DNA of 64,000 bases from Gammaproteobacteria bacterium (GTDB lineage: Bacteria; Pseudomonadota; Gammaproteobacteria; GCA-001735895). The stretch is from positions 1 through 64,000 of the forward strand of contig JBNKUM010000008.1 of assembly GCA_050298595.1 (NCBI GenBank), read 5' to 3'. Shown here piece by piece: positions 10,131-19,842 of this stretch; within the stretch, counting starts at the first letter, position 1; each line of letters starts with the position of its first letter. The translations under genes and the position numbers were made by a program. The notes under the pieces were generated by a model. It was given only the letters and a program-made list of their open reading frames with translations, was not told the origin of the DNA and ran no database searches.

Positions 10131-12446
10131 CTATTCGTCTTGAGTAATCTCTTTCTGTTCTTTGCTTGAAATTATATGTACGTCGCGTTGAGGGAATGGG
10201 ATTTCGATACCAGCTTCGCGGAATGCACGATCAATTTCAAAATTCATATCGCTCATGACTGTCAGGCGATTATCGACTTCTCTAATATAACAGCGTAGCT
10301 CAAAATTCAGTGAGCTATCACCGAAGGTACGGAACAGTACCCAGGGCTTGGACAGAATGGGACTTTTGGTAATCACCGACGGATGCTGGTAGGCGATATC
10401 GAGCAATATGGATTTAACCAGTTCAGTGTCGCTACCATAAGCAACACCTACCGGTAGTACTACCCGGCCAAGAGAATCGCGGAACATCCAGTTGGTAACC
10501 TGCCCCGAAATCAGCTCAGAATTAGGCACGATAACGTCAGAGCGGTCAAAGGTCTGGATCTGGGTAGAGCGTATACTAATTTTTTTTACATAACCTTCGG
10601 TTGAACCCACCATAATCCAGTCGCCGGTTTTAATTGGACGTTCAAACAGCAGAATGACACCTGAAACAAAGTTATTAACAATATTCTGTAGACCAAAACC
10701 AATACCTACCGATAATGCACCAGCGATCAGTGCCAGGTTGGCAAGTTGTACACCGGCGATAGACAAGGCGATCAGAAAACCGACAGCAACGCCAAGATAC
10801 CCTGTCAGCGAAATCATTGCCTCCTTGCTGCCCCTATCCATACGAGAACGATTGAGCCAGCTTTTATCCATGCGCCGCTTAATCCAGCCAATGATAGATA
10901 ACATCACAGCAAACGATAGCAATGCCACAATCATCTTGACGGGGACAATATTTACGGTGCCGATTTCAAATCCACCCGTGATGACATCTCTTAACTCAAG
11001 TAAGGTGGTATCCGATAGCACCCATATTTTGAGCACGGCAACGGCAAAAGTAGACCAGATGATGATGGAGAAGGTAAATCTGAACCAGATAGAACCGGGC
11101 AAGAACTCCTTTTCCTTTACTCCAATACGCTTACGAAAAACCTTTTGCCACTCATGGCGTCCTTCATCCAGGCTATCCAGAAAATCACTCCAGATGCGTA
11201 TTAAAAAGATGGTCAGGCTCCACATCAGAAAACTGCCAGTAATACCAAAAAGAATAAAATTTGATAGATTGACATAGCCCAGCCAGTCCGCGCCAAGACA
11301 AACCAGGAGCCCGAGAATAACCAGTACGCGCAGCAGATGAATATTACTTAACCCTCGGTAATAACGTAATAACCATGCCGCCCAGATCAGGTTCAGGACC
11401 AGAAGAAACAGATAAACATTACGGATCAATGCGGTAATTTGATCAGGAAAGTCATGAACCTGTAAAGCCGAATACATCAGAAAACCGGCAAACACCAGCT
11501 TGCTGAGCAACCTCAGACGACTGGCCAGCAAAAACGATATATCCTGCGGCAGACTGGTCAGTGGTTGGGCGGGCGGATAGGGATTCAGCAGTATTCGGAT
11601 AAATAGATTACCTAGCACATACATAAATAACCCAAAGACCAGCAAGGCCAGGAAATCCAGTGGCGAGCCACTGATCAACTGATAGGCATAATAAAGACTG
11701 AGACAGGAGGTAATGATCAAGGCAGCCATGTGTCTTTGAGCACAGCTAAACAGGGATAATTGAAATCGACTCAAATAACCGATTTGATTTGATTGTTGAT
11801 CAAGTCGAATACTGTTATTGAGTGCTCGCCTGATCCATAAAATTAATGCGGCAGCAACTAGTAGTAAAACTGATACATCAGGCAGGTTCTCCATCAAAGC
11901 GCTAACACCACTATCCTTTTCAATAAAAGACAGTACAGCCCGATAAATTTCTAGTGGATTGAACAGATTGTTTTTGATGTTCTGCAGCAAATTAGATTTC
12001 TTTCCCAGTAACTCTGAGGCTAATACCTGTTGTTGTTTAGTGATAACAACATCCACAATTTCATGAGCGCGCAATAACATTAATCGACAACTGGCCAGCT
12101 GCTGAGCATTACTTAACATACTCTGATTCAGACTCTGGCGCTTTTGAGTGACTTCTTTTTCTTCTGTCACCATTTGAGCGCCAAGCAATTCAAGGTCGTC
12201 AGCACTCTTATTTATCGCATGTTCATTGATTTCAATACATTCAGTGGCAACTTTTTTGACGAATATTCCCTGTTCCTGAAACTCGTTGAGTAATTGATAG
12301 TTAAGCAGTTTTTTGGGGTTGTTAACGGCTTTTTCGATGGCCTGTAATCGACCGTCAGCTTCACCAATTTTCAGGCTAAGTACAGGATCAATCGCCAGAG
12401 CTGTGCTGAACTTGATCAGGAGTAATAAGAATAAAAGGATACGCAT
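10131..12446 (-). CDS. MscS-family mechanosensitive channel (large, MscK-like)
   Basis: Signal peptide, coiled coil, multiple TM segments, GALSVGIGFGLQNIVNNFVSG, IPFPQRDVH. Confidence 0.9.
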   Translation of the reverse strand: MRILLFLLLLIKFSTALAIDPVLSLKIGEADGRLQAIEKAVNNPKKLLNYQLLNEFQEQGIFVKKVATECIEINEHAINKSADDLELLGAQMVTEEKEVTQKRQSLNQSMLSNAQQLASCRLMLLRAHEIVDVVITKQQQVLASELLGKKSNLLQNIKNNLFNPLEIYRAVLSFIEKDSGVSALMENLPDVSVLLLVAAALILWIRRALNNSIRLDQQSNQIGYLSRFQLSLFSCAQRHMAALIITSCLSLYYAYQLISGSPLDFLALLVFGLFMYVLGNLFIRILLNPYPPAQPLTSLPQDISFLLASRLRLLSKLVFAGFLMYSALQVHDFPDQITALIRNVYLFLLVLNLIWAAWLLRYYRGLSNIHLLRVLVILGLLVCLGADWLGYVNLSNFILFGITGSFLMWSLTIFLIRIWSDFLDSLDEGRHEWQKVFRKRIGVKEKEFLPGSIWFRFTFSIIIWSTFAVAVLKIWVLSDTTLLELRDVITGGFEIGTVNIVPVKMIVALLSFAVMLSIIGWIKRRMDKSWLNRSRMDRGSKEAMISLTGYLGVAVGFLIALSIAGVQLANLALIAGALSVGIGFGLQNIVNNFVSGVILLFERPIKTGDWIMVGSTEGYVKKISIRSTQIQTFDRSDVIVPNSELISGQVTNWMFRDSLGRVVLPVGVAYGSDTELVKSILLDIAYQHPSVITKSPILSKPWVLFRTFGDSSLNFELRCYIREVDNRLTVMSDMNFEIDRAFREAGIEIPFPQRDVHIISSKEQKEITQDE

Positions 12447-12499
12447 GGCGGTATCAGACCACCTGAAAAGGGAGTTTCGAAATCATTAGTAACGGATTT

Positions 12500-12527
12500 T
12501 CAATTTTGTTATTTGCTTTGCCGATAT
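12500..12527 (+). promoter_or_regulatory. Possible sigma-28 promoter
   Basis: TCAA-N16-GCCGATAT upstream of the gene at 12623. Confidence 0.4.
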
Positions 12528-12622
12528 TATGCCAGTGATCAGTCAACTAATCATTTAATCTGTAATTATGATTTATTTATATGTATTTGGACTATAAATA
12601 AATAATGGTCATAAATATTTAA

Positions 12623-14695
12623 ATGAATAATTTAACAAAAGCTTATCCCCTGTTCACTAAAGGAAGCCCTTCTGCTCAATACCAGCAGATCAGTAATTTC
12701 TGTGTGAATTATACCGAGGGTCTGCTAATCAGCCTGATGCATCTAGAAATAGATGAGGATTTTAGCGACCCACCCGAGACCTATAAAACACTACAGAAAA
12801 AGTTACAGCATCGTGAACGAACCATACGGCACGCATTTCAGTTCCAGATAGAAAAGCTGTTTTCTGACTTCAAGACTCTACGTAAAACACGATTACACGC
12901 AAACCGGGCGAGTGACTGGTTAGCAATAGGCCTGACAGGTCAAAATGCTTCCATCGTGCGAGCTAGTATCGAGACATCTAGCGAGCGTTTACATATTATC
13001 TATGAAAAACAGCTAGTGACTCTAAATGAACGTCTGAAAACACTGGTTCATCGAACAGACTACACCTATGCTGAAAATCCAATAAGCCCTGAAAATCTCT
13101 GTAACGCTTTCCTTTCATGCATTGAAGCCTTGTCTTTTAGCAGTACACAGCTATGCCAGCTTATTGGATTATATGATCGCGTACTCAGTCTGTTTCTGAC
13201 TGATTTTTATCGACAGCTTGATCTGGGCATGTACTATCTGGATATCCTGCCTGAATTAACAGATCCCGAGATATTCAAAGCGCCTTCTGCAAAAGTAAAA
13301 CCTCCTGAAATTTTCACCCCGGATATTGAAGCTAAGCGCGTTGTTGATATAAAAGAAACTCCGTCAGAGCCAACAGGTGATGAAAAGACTGATACTGAAC
13401 AAGTATCAGAAGAGTTTGATATCCCACGGGTAACCATCGAAGAAAAACCGGAACTTAATAACAAACTGGAAGAATTTTTTGCCTTAACTAGCCAGGGCTG
13501 TCTAGACTATGCCCAATTATTTGCTTCCTTTCTACATTCAACCAAAGGTTTGTTTGTAGAAAAGCAAATGAGCGATGTATTCCGCTTCCTGAACTTTTTT
13601 ACACATCTGCTGGACAATCCCAGAATATCTCAAGCGCTTAAGATTCAGCTATCACGAATTTCTCAACCATTGCTAAGACTTGTGTTGGTTGATCCATTTT
13701 TCTTTCGCAGTAGCAACCATCCAGTCAATGATTTTTTACTCTCCATCATCGATTATGAGATACGTTACGGCAACTCAAAATCCACTGCTAAACTAATATC
13801 TCCACTATTTGATCATTTGCTAGTATCAGCAAAGCTGACTCTAGATGACTTTTATCAGACCATAAATGAGTTTGAAGACTTAAAAGAGATTGAATCTAGT
13901 CGCTTACAGGAACTCAAACGCGATGACAAACAGGAACAGCAGAAAATAAAAAATGCAGTTCTCGAGCTGGTCAACCAGATTACCGAAAAACTGGAAGTAG
14001 AATCAGAAGTGCTGGCCTTTTTCTACGATGACTGGCAATTATTATTGCTACAGATAGCACGTAAAATTGGTCAAAAATCCACTGCCTTTATACAGACTGT
14101 TGAAATTACAAGAATGCTGGCCTGGAGTTTGGATGAGAATCATGAAGACAACCCAGAATACAGCCGATACTCTTTCACCAGTTTATTAAAAGCTATCGAT
14201 AAAGGATTGATTTCATTAAACTTTTCATCTGAGCACAGAAATAGAATCAGAAAACTGATGGTGCGTGAGTTTAAGAAAATCGAACATGCCAGAGACTCAA
14301 TAGTCGCTTCACCCAGAAAAGTCTTAAACAGCTTTAATTCGTTTGATCAATTCAGCGATACTGTTAATAAGTTCTCTTTGAACCTGACCGACATTACACA
14401 TATTCAACCTATTGAAGATGCTGCATTAGCCAATTTTTTAAATTCGCTGCAATATGGCACATGGGTAGAGATTAAAGAAGACCGGAAAAGTCGTTTTAAA
14501 CGAGGCAAGTTAAAATGGAAGTCTCAGGACAATAGCCGCTTCATCTTTATTGACCAGCGTGGTCATAAAATCAATGAGAGCACTCTGGATCAGATCAAAC
14601 AATACTATGCCGACGATATGATCAAGATACTGAGTAAGCCAATGCCCTTCACTTCAAAGCGGCCAACTTTGGGCCATGGATATACTGACTTCTAA
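12623..14695 (+). CDS. DUF1631-like protein
   Basis: ENPISPENLC, FFRSSNHP and C-terminal GTWVE...KLKW...FIFIDQRG motifs resemble this family. Confidence 0.65.
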   Translation: MNNLTKAYPLFTKGSPSAQYQQISNFCVNYTEGLLISLMHLEIDEDFSDPPETYKTLQKKLQHRERTIRHAFQFQIEKLFSDFKTLRKTRLHANRASDWLAIGLTGQNASIVRASIETSSERLHIIYEKQLVTLNERLKTLVHRTDYTYAENPISPENLCNAFLSCIEALSFSSTQLCQLIGLYDRVLSLFLTDFYRQLDLGMYYLDILPELTDPEIFKAPSAKVKPPEIFTPDIEAKRVVDIKETPSEPTGDEKTDTEQVSEEFDIPRVTIEEKPELNNKLEEFFALTSQGCLDYAQLFASFLHSTKGLFVEKQMSDVFRFLNFFTHLLDNPRISQALKIQLSRISQPLLRLVLVDPFFFRSSNHPVNDFLLSIIDYEIRYGNSKSTAKLISPLFDHLLVSAKLTLDDFYQTINEFEDLKEIESSRLQELKRDDKQEQQKIKNAVLELVNQITEKLEVESEVLAFFYDDWQLLLLQIARKIGQKSTAFIQTVEITRMLAWSLDENHEDNPEYSRYSFTSLLKAIDKGLISLNFSSEHRNRIRKLMVREFKKIEHARDSIVASPRKVLNSFNSFDQFSDTVNKFSLNLTDITHIQPIEDAALANFLNSLQYGTWVEIKEDRKSRFKRGKLKWKSQDNSRFIFIDQRGHKINESTLDQIKQYYADDMIKILSKPMPFTSKRPTLGHGYTDF

Positions 14696-14702
14696 ACTAA
14701 TA

Positions 14703-14722
14703 CGGCTGCCTTACGGCAGCCG
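14703..14722 (+). terminator. Hairpin after the DUF1631-like gene
   Basis: cggctgcc-ttac-ggcagccg perfect 8-bp stem, directly followed by the MITE. Confidence 0.55.
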
Positions 14723-14992
14723 CTAGTGTACTGTCCTAAACTGTATGCAGATTATAGCGAGACGGGAAATAGTCATATGCAAGGCGTCATCCGCAGGGAA
14801 TGGCATGCCCTTTTCAAGGATGACAACGCAGCAGATGGCTGTTTCCCGTCTCGCCCGAAGGGAAGCCCCCAAATCCCCCAATCCGGCGTTACAGTTCTTG
14901 ACAAGGGAGGCGCCATTGCCTGCGAACTGCGCCTTGTCTTGGGAAATTTGGGGGCTTCTATAATCTACATACAGTTTAGGACAGTACACTAG
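14723..14992. mobile_element. 270-bp MITE, IS630-like ends at CTAG
   Basis: 35-bp terminal inverted repeats ctagtgtactgtcctaaactgtatg(c/t)agattatag with one mismatch, no transposase. Family is inferred from the CTAG/TA target. Confidence 0.85.
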
Positions 14993-15088
14993 ATTGATGG
15001 GACGGAATTTACCTGACATGAGGGGGCTATTCATTATTATTGCTTCTACCCTATCATACAGGATGAGACCGTTAAATCCGACAGGCTC

Positions 15089-15706
15089 CTAGTTCCTAAA
15101 TTTCTTGCTGAAAGATCCAACTCCAAACAAACCAATTCCGAGCAATAGCATTGTTGAGGGTTCAGGGACAACGGTTCCCTTAATCGAGGCTATCCAGTAA
15201 TCCGAGTCGTCCGAAATTCCCAGGGTTGTTACCCCTAACGTGGATATTCCTCCATGTAGAGAAATAGTTTTTGCACCACTAGGTGAACCGATAAAATCAC
15301 CAAAAAGGCTTCCGTCAGTAAATATTCTGATATCCTCTCCTTCAAAGAATTTTTCCAAAGTTATCTCCTCTGGAATAAAGAGTGAATTAAAGTTAAATAC
15401 TATTGCTTCAGGATCACCAGCGGTATCAACTTGCAATTGATTGCAAAAAGAGTTTTGACTTACTCCCAATCCTAATGAATCAATGCACATTGTCGAACCC
15501 AGTCCTCCTAAAGTAAAAGCTCCCACAGAAGTCATGGTACCAGCCTGAATTTGAAGCGGAACACCATCTACAACGAATGTTTCTTCTGTAAGTCCATTGA
15601 GAACTCCTGCTTCAGTCGATCCAAAGTCATACATCAATGCAAAACTTAATGAACTGTACGATGAAAGAACGACTGATATAGCAATTATTAATAAATGATT
15701 TTTCAT
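15089..15706 (-). CDS. PEP-CTERM sorting domain-containing exported protein
   Basis: Signal peptide; C-terminal VPEPSTMLLLGIGLFG followed by basic residues. Confidence 0.9.
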   Translation of the reverse strand: MKNHLLIIAISVVLSSYSSLSFALMYDFGSTEAGVLNGLTEETFVVDGVPLQIQAGTMTSVGAFTLGGLGSTMCIDSLGLGVSQNSFCNQLQVDTAGDPEAIVFNFNSLFIPEEITLEKFFEGEDIRIFTDGSLFGDFIGSPSGAKTISLHGGISTLGVTTLGISDDSDYWIASIKGTVVPEPSTMLLLGIGLFGVGSFSKKFRN

Positions 15707-15794
15707 TTTTTCACCTTAAGTATAAGCAGTATAAAAGGGAATGGATTTTCATCGAAATCAACTCCTGAAAAAATTAAAAAATACATTCAAAAAT

Positions 15795-15924
15795 AAGCAT
15801 ATTTTATACCGCTATACTAAAGCGTTAAAAAAACGTCATGTTATAAGATTCACTAAATCTAAACATATTAATGTTGTAAAACATTCTGACAACTTTGGCA
15901 CTTCAATTGTAAAAAAAACTGACG
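15795..15924 (-). promoter_or_regulatory. Sigma-54 promoter plus tandem enhancer-like boxes of the PEP-CTERM gene
   Basis: Minus-strand cGG-tataaaatat-GCtt (GG-N10-GC) at 15795-15812; boxes tgtaaaacattctgaca (15875-15891) and tgtaaaaaaaactgacg (15908-15924). Confidence 0.65.
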
Positions 15925-16033
15925 TTACTCATGTAGATTAATTAGGCAAGATGGCTCAAATGAGCTATTCAAAGTATAAGAATTTGTTACAAATAATTTA
16001 TTTGTATTAAACATTTTTAGTGATGCCTGGACT

Positions 16034-16993
16034 TTATAGGTCAGGCTTCGAATTCCAATCCAAAAACTTTGACCAAGCTTCCATCTCCCATGTTTCTAAT
16101 GGAAATTGCGGTGAGTAGAACCATAATTCCAATAAAGCACGATTATCAGTTTTAATCGCATCATCTACCATATTTAAAGTGACTTTATTTTGTGGGATGG
16201 GTATTTTACCTTTTCTGAATCTTATAGTAGCAGAACGTTTTTTGGCTCCTTTTCCTATAAAGCCACTAGTACTATTCCATTTGTCACTATCATATGCCTC
16301 AGCTTCTCCTCCGGTAGCCTCTGCTACATTTACAGCAAGTAATTTCGCAAGTTTACTTCGTTTTCCTATTCCTCCACTTTGTCTGGTTAAATCACCAACA
16401 GCGCTGGCAGGAGTTGGTAGCCCGCTTTTGGAAAATGACATGTCCATTTCTTCTCCAGGGTCATCACTTCGGTATTCTCCAAGCGGTCCCATAAAAATGT
16501 TGGATTTGTTCCAACAAGCAGCTTTCGCTATTCTATTAATTTCGGTGCCAAATGAAGGTGATCGGGCCGCTGTTTCCTTCGCAAGATCTTCCCAGAAACT
16601 GTCGTCAACAGTGACGGCTGCAAAGTTTAAAATCGCCTGCATCTGGGATTTATTTTTATCACTAAGCGCGTTGTTAATGTCGTCTCGAATTTTATTCCAC
16701 GGGTAAATATGGTGGGCTGTTAAAGCTTGATCGTTTTCGTCTTTTCCTTTTAAAGAGCCTGGCTTCTTGGGTCTGTCGCCGATATACTGACCACTACCAG
16801 CATCATACAGCCTTTGAATTAGGCTTGTTGGAACGCCGGTATTTATAATAACTTGAACCTTCCTTTGGTTAATAGCCTCGGGCCGATTATCTGCAAATCC
16901 TAAACCCTGCTTTTTATCGCCGCTATTCTGACAATTAAAATTAGCAACCGCCCTACTTTTTTTCTCTTTCGGCTTCTCTACTTTTGCATACAT
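16034..16993 (-). CDS. Putative secreted toxin/effector with an eCIS-effector-like N-terminal leader
   Basis: MYAKVEKPKEKKSRAVAN...QGLGFADNRPE...IQR leader recalled from DUF4157-type proteins; downstream HHIYPW motif. Confidence 0.5.
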   Translation of the reverse strand: MYAKVEKPKEKKSRAVANFNCQNSGDKKQGLGFADNRPEAINQRKVQVIINTGVPTSLIQRLYDAGSGQYIGDRPKKPGSLKGKDENDQALTAHHIYPWNKIRDDINNALSDKNKSQMQAILNFAAVTVDDSFWEDLAKETAARSPSFGTEINRIAKAACWNKSNIFMGPLGEYRSDDPGEEMDMSFSKSGLPTPASAVGDLTRQSGGIGKRSKLAKLLAVNVAEATGGEAEAYDSDKWNSTSGFIGKGAKKRSATIRFRKGKIPIPQNKVTLNMVDDAIKTDNRALLELWFYSPQFPLETWEMEAWSKFLDWNSKPDL

Positions 16994-17034
16994 ATCCAAA
17001 ACCTTTTAATTTTATTTAGTGGTTGTTATAACCG

Positions 17035-17250
17035 GCTTTACTTCAAACTGCCCTGAGTTTTTCGCCGAAGGGTTGCCAGCTATGCCAATTCTCAGGAGCT
17101 GCGGACTCCCTACGGCCTGCACAATTCTCTGTGTACGCCTCACTTGTTTTGTTCGGATTCCTCGATCCTCCGCTACACGCGCAACACTCGATACGGGTGG
17201 CTGGTTAGGCCTTGCCCGACTGGGACTCTCACCCTGCAAGATGCATCAAG
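17035..17250 (-). mobile_element. Group II intron 5' (domain I) remnant, no reverse transcriptase ORF
   Basis: Minus strand reads catcttgcagggtgagagtcccagtcgggcaaggcctaaccagccacccgtatcgagtgttgcg...gaggcgtacacagagaattgtgcaggccgtaggg, which resembles the 5' region of bacterial group II introns. Confidence 0.6.
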
Positions 17251-17290
17251 ATTAATCGGAAAAATGATCTGCCAGAATATGCACTCACTC

Positions 17291-17337
17291 GTTTAACGGC
17301 TGAGCTCACCGGATTCATGTGCAGCGACTTGTTGTGA
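17291..17337 (-). other. Short or internally deleted integron attC site
   Basis: Minus strand TCACAAC-AAGTCGCTGCAC-atgaatc-CGGTGAGCTCAGCC-GTTAAAC shows the R''/L''/L'/R' layout. Confidence 0.6.
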
Positions 17338-17439
17338 AACCTAAACAGGTAAGAGTCGCCAGCGTCTCCTTAGACTGGGCGCAGTGATCGGGAGGAATTC
17401 CCCAACGCATCGCCGACCTTAACACCTGGTTACAACCGA

Positions 17440-17928
17440 TCAGTCCCGCTGTTTCTTCTCCGGATTGTTTTTTATCGCCATGGCGAGCTGTTGACGGTTG
17501 CCTGCATGTACGGACTCGAACCGATTCCGGCTGACATGCCAGTCTAGATGCTGTTCATTTCGAGATTTGTTTGGTTCTGTTTCGTACCCTTCTAATCCGA
17601 TCTTCTGCAACTCTTTCTCGCCATACACACACTCTTGAGCAACCTCTTTACCCGTCGCATTTTGGAGGCCAGGTACACTGGTGTCGAGGACATTGCAGAT
17701 CGAATAGGAGTAAGCTTCACGTACGCTTTCGCGCCCCACGTTGGTGGGATCATCGTGTGCCTGGGTGATGTGGCCGAACTGAACCACGACCTTTTGTTTG
17801 TCGCCGACCTGTTGGAGTTTTGGGTTGATCCCGCCCGCATCGGCAAAGTAGACGGTGGGATTACTTCTCAGTTGTCCGGTATAACCCAAGATATTTTCTT
17901 CTTTATAGAAATCGTCTCTGTAACCCAT
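17440..17928 (-). CDS. Hypothetical protein, probable integron cassette ORF
   Basis: 162-aa ORF between a GTTATGC core site (about 18013-18019) and the attC at 17291. Confidence 0.6.
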   Translation of the reverse strand: MGYRDDFYKEENILGYTGQLRSNPTVYFADAGGINPKLQQVGDKQKVVVQFGHITQAHDDPTNVGRESVREAYSYSICNVLDTSVPGLQNATGKEVAQECVYGEKELQKIGLEGYETEPNKSRNEQHLDWHVSRNRFESVHAGNRQQLAMAIKNNPEKKQRD

Positions 17929-18376
17929 TTTTGGAGCCCCTCTTTGAAATTTAGTCTGGTAGACTTATCGGACATAAGGCTTCGCCCAGTCGCGGTTACG
18001 CGATGGACGAATTCGCATAACGCTTAAATACGTAGAAAACTGAGGTATTTAAACGCCTCAATTTTCCAGATATGACTTTTGGAGTAAAGCTGTTTTTTTC
18101 CTGGAAAACCGAAGTTTCTTCCTTTAATTCAATAAGTTGTAAACTTTTCATCTTTTTAATCCTTATCAAATACTCCGAAATATTAACTCATTTTTACATG
18201 ATATTGGTAAATTGATTTGCATCTTTGCCCTGTCGGCTATATTCACTACCAGTGAGAATTCATCGAGAACAATAATCATGATTGATGGCTCTCCTTTAAA
18301 CCTGAATCCGCAGTTGAACATGGGGTTATGGGAAATCCCGTCGTGCCCGGCAAGGGGCACTTTTTGGTTTCCATGC

Positions 18377-18520
18377 CCAGCTATGGCTTTCTGCTTCGCT
18401 CTACCACCTACTTCCATGTAGGCGTCGGCTCTGGCATCCTGCTTCGCTCTACCATCTACCTCCATGTAGGCGTCGGCTCTGGCATCCTGCTTCGCTCTAC
18501 CACCTACCTCCATGTAGGCG
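18377..18520 (-). repeat. Tandem array of three 48-nt GGA-hairpin units
   Basis: Unit cgcctacatggaRgtaggtggtagagcgaagcaggatgccagagccga starts at 18520, 18472 and 18424 on the minus strand; no spacers. Confidence 0.9.
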
Positions 18521-18662
18521 TCCTGCTTTGATCTAACTTCGACCATTCATGGTCTTGTACCTTCTCCTGCATCTATTGCCATGTATGCCATATACATAAA
18601 ACACTGTTCGGTGCGCAAACAAACATTAACCTGGAAGGTAAATTCTCATGACACTGATTAAT

Positions 18663-18980
18663 CTAATCCTCTCCCTTATCGTGGTTGGCATGCTGCTCTG
18701 GCTCGTTAATAAGAAAATATCGATAGATCGAAATATCAAAAACATCCTGAATATTTTTGACGTCATTGTCGTTATTATATGGTAACTGCAGACTTTCGGC
18801 ATACTGGGGCCACTCGATAACATACGTATCGGGGGCTGATCTGATATTTGTATCGTGTCTGTCTGAACTACTACTCTTTATTCCAAAGGTATACTTCTTT
18901 AAACTCTTTACTTCCATATTGGCAATCGCTTTTAATAGTGCTTCTACGTCTTCCAGCAGCTTTTTTATATCGTCGACCAT
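18663..18980 (-). CDS. Hypothetical protein, possibly a gene fragment
   Basis: 105-aa AT-rich ORF with no recognised motif. Confidence 0.35.
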   Translation of the reverse strand: MVDDIKKLLEDVEALLKAIANMEVKSLKKYTFGIKSSSSDRHDTNIRSAPDTYVIEWPQYAESLQLPYNNDNDVKNIQDVFDISIYRYFLINEPEQHANHDKGED

Positions 18981-19050
18981 GCTTTCTCGGGTAATGTCAT
19001 CAATTACTTTTTGCAGACAATTCTCAATCGTTGATCTTTACAAACCAGTT

Positions 19051-19233
19051 TTATTTTTGCGTCTTTTCCTTGATGGCATCACCGGCTTCTTCGATCTTAT
19101 CTCCAGCCTGCTCTACCGCATTATCGATACTCTGTCCCGCTTTCTCAGCCGCCCCCCTTTTTTCGCACCCGGATAGCACTACAAACACCATACTTAACAG
19201 AAGAGCTGAACTGACGATCCTGACTAGCTTCAT
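19051..19233 (-). CDS. Small lipoprotein (60 aa)
   Basis: RBS gagga, lipobox VLSGC, mature part EKRGAAEKAGQSIDNAVEQAGDKIEEAGD. Confidence 0.8.
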   Translation of the reverse strand: MKLVRIVSSALLLSMVFVVLSGCEKRGAAEKAGQSIDNAVEQAGDKIEEAGDAIKEKTQK

Positions 19234-19399
19234 AATTAATATCCTCATTGTTAAAAAAATTGAAAAAATATATGTGTTAATCATTTTGTATGTACGGTTG
19301 CGAACACACAAAATGTGGTGTATATCTATGTCTGCTTCCAGCATTTGGATCCCCACCACGGGGAGGCGGCCGATATCATCCACTGACTCAGGGATTGCC

Positions 19400-19770
19400 A
19401 TGCAAGAACACTCTCCACTGCAAAACCACCTATTAGCCGCCCTTCCTGCCCAGGAATACGAGCTCCTGTTGCCCAATCTTGAACTGCTATCTATGCCTCT
19501 CGGTAAGGTGCTCTACGAGTCTGGCACCGAACTCAATCATGTCTATTTCCCCACTACGAGCATCGTGTCACTGCTTTACGTCATGCTCGATGGCGCATCA
19601 GCTGAAATCGGCATAGCGCTGTTCATGGGCGGCGAGACTATGCCCAACCGCGCCGTAGTGCAGAGCTCCGGCCACGCTTCCGCCTAAAGGGGTCACTGTT
19701 GAAACAGAAATTCAATCGCTGCAGTGTGCAACATACATCCGTGGGCAGTTAAACCTGCCAGGTTCCTAAT
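19400..19770 (+). pseudogene. Truncated, frameshifted Crp/Fnr-family regulator
   Basis: NHLLAALP...HVYFPTTSIVSLL; lacks the segment equivalent to GLVGDEGML of the neighbouring paralogue, frameshift near 19680, HTH missing. Confidence 0.75.
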
Positions 19771-19842
19771 TCACTATCAAGATTGCATTACCGAAGCGCC
19801 ATCTGAGGTTTTGCGGATCATCACGACACCAGGACAGTTCAT

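Noticed and set aside
14723-15034. Three overlapping short ORFs
   Set aside because: They lie in the MITE, and their shared YCPKLY peptide is just the inverted repeat read from both ends.
18278-18300. Start of an integron integrase divergent from the attI-like site
   Set aside because: The ATG rejoins in frame with the DUF1127-like ORF once the insertion is removed, and no tyrosine recombinase motifs are present.
18377-18520. CRISPR array
   Set aside because: The units are contiguous, near-identical 48-mers with no unique spacers, and no cas genes are nearby.
18166-18546. 126-aa ORF with a 16-aa repeat
   Set aside because: It is a by-product of the 48-nt repeat (a multiple of 3) and crosses the element boundary.
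19031-19687. 218-aa ORF as annotated in the ORF track
   Set aside because: The first part is antisense to the lipoprotein gene. Only the part from ATG 19400 is Crp-like, and it is truncated.
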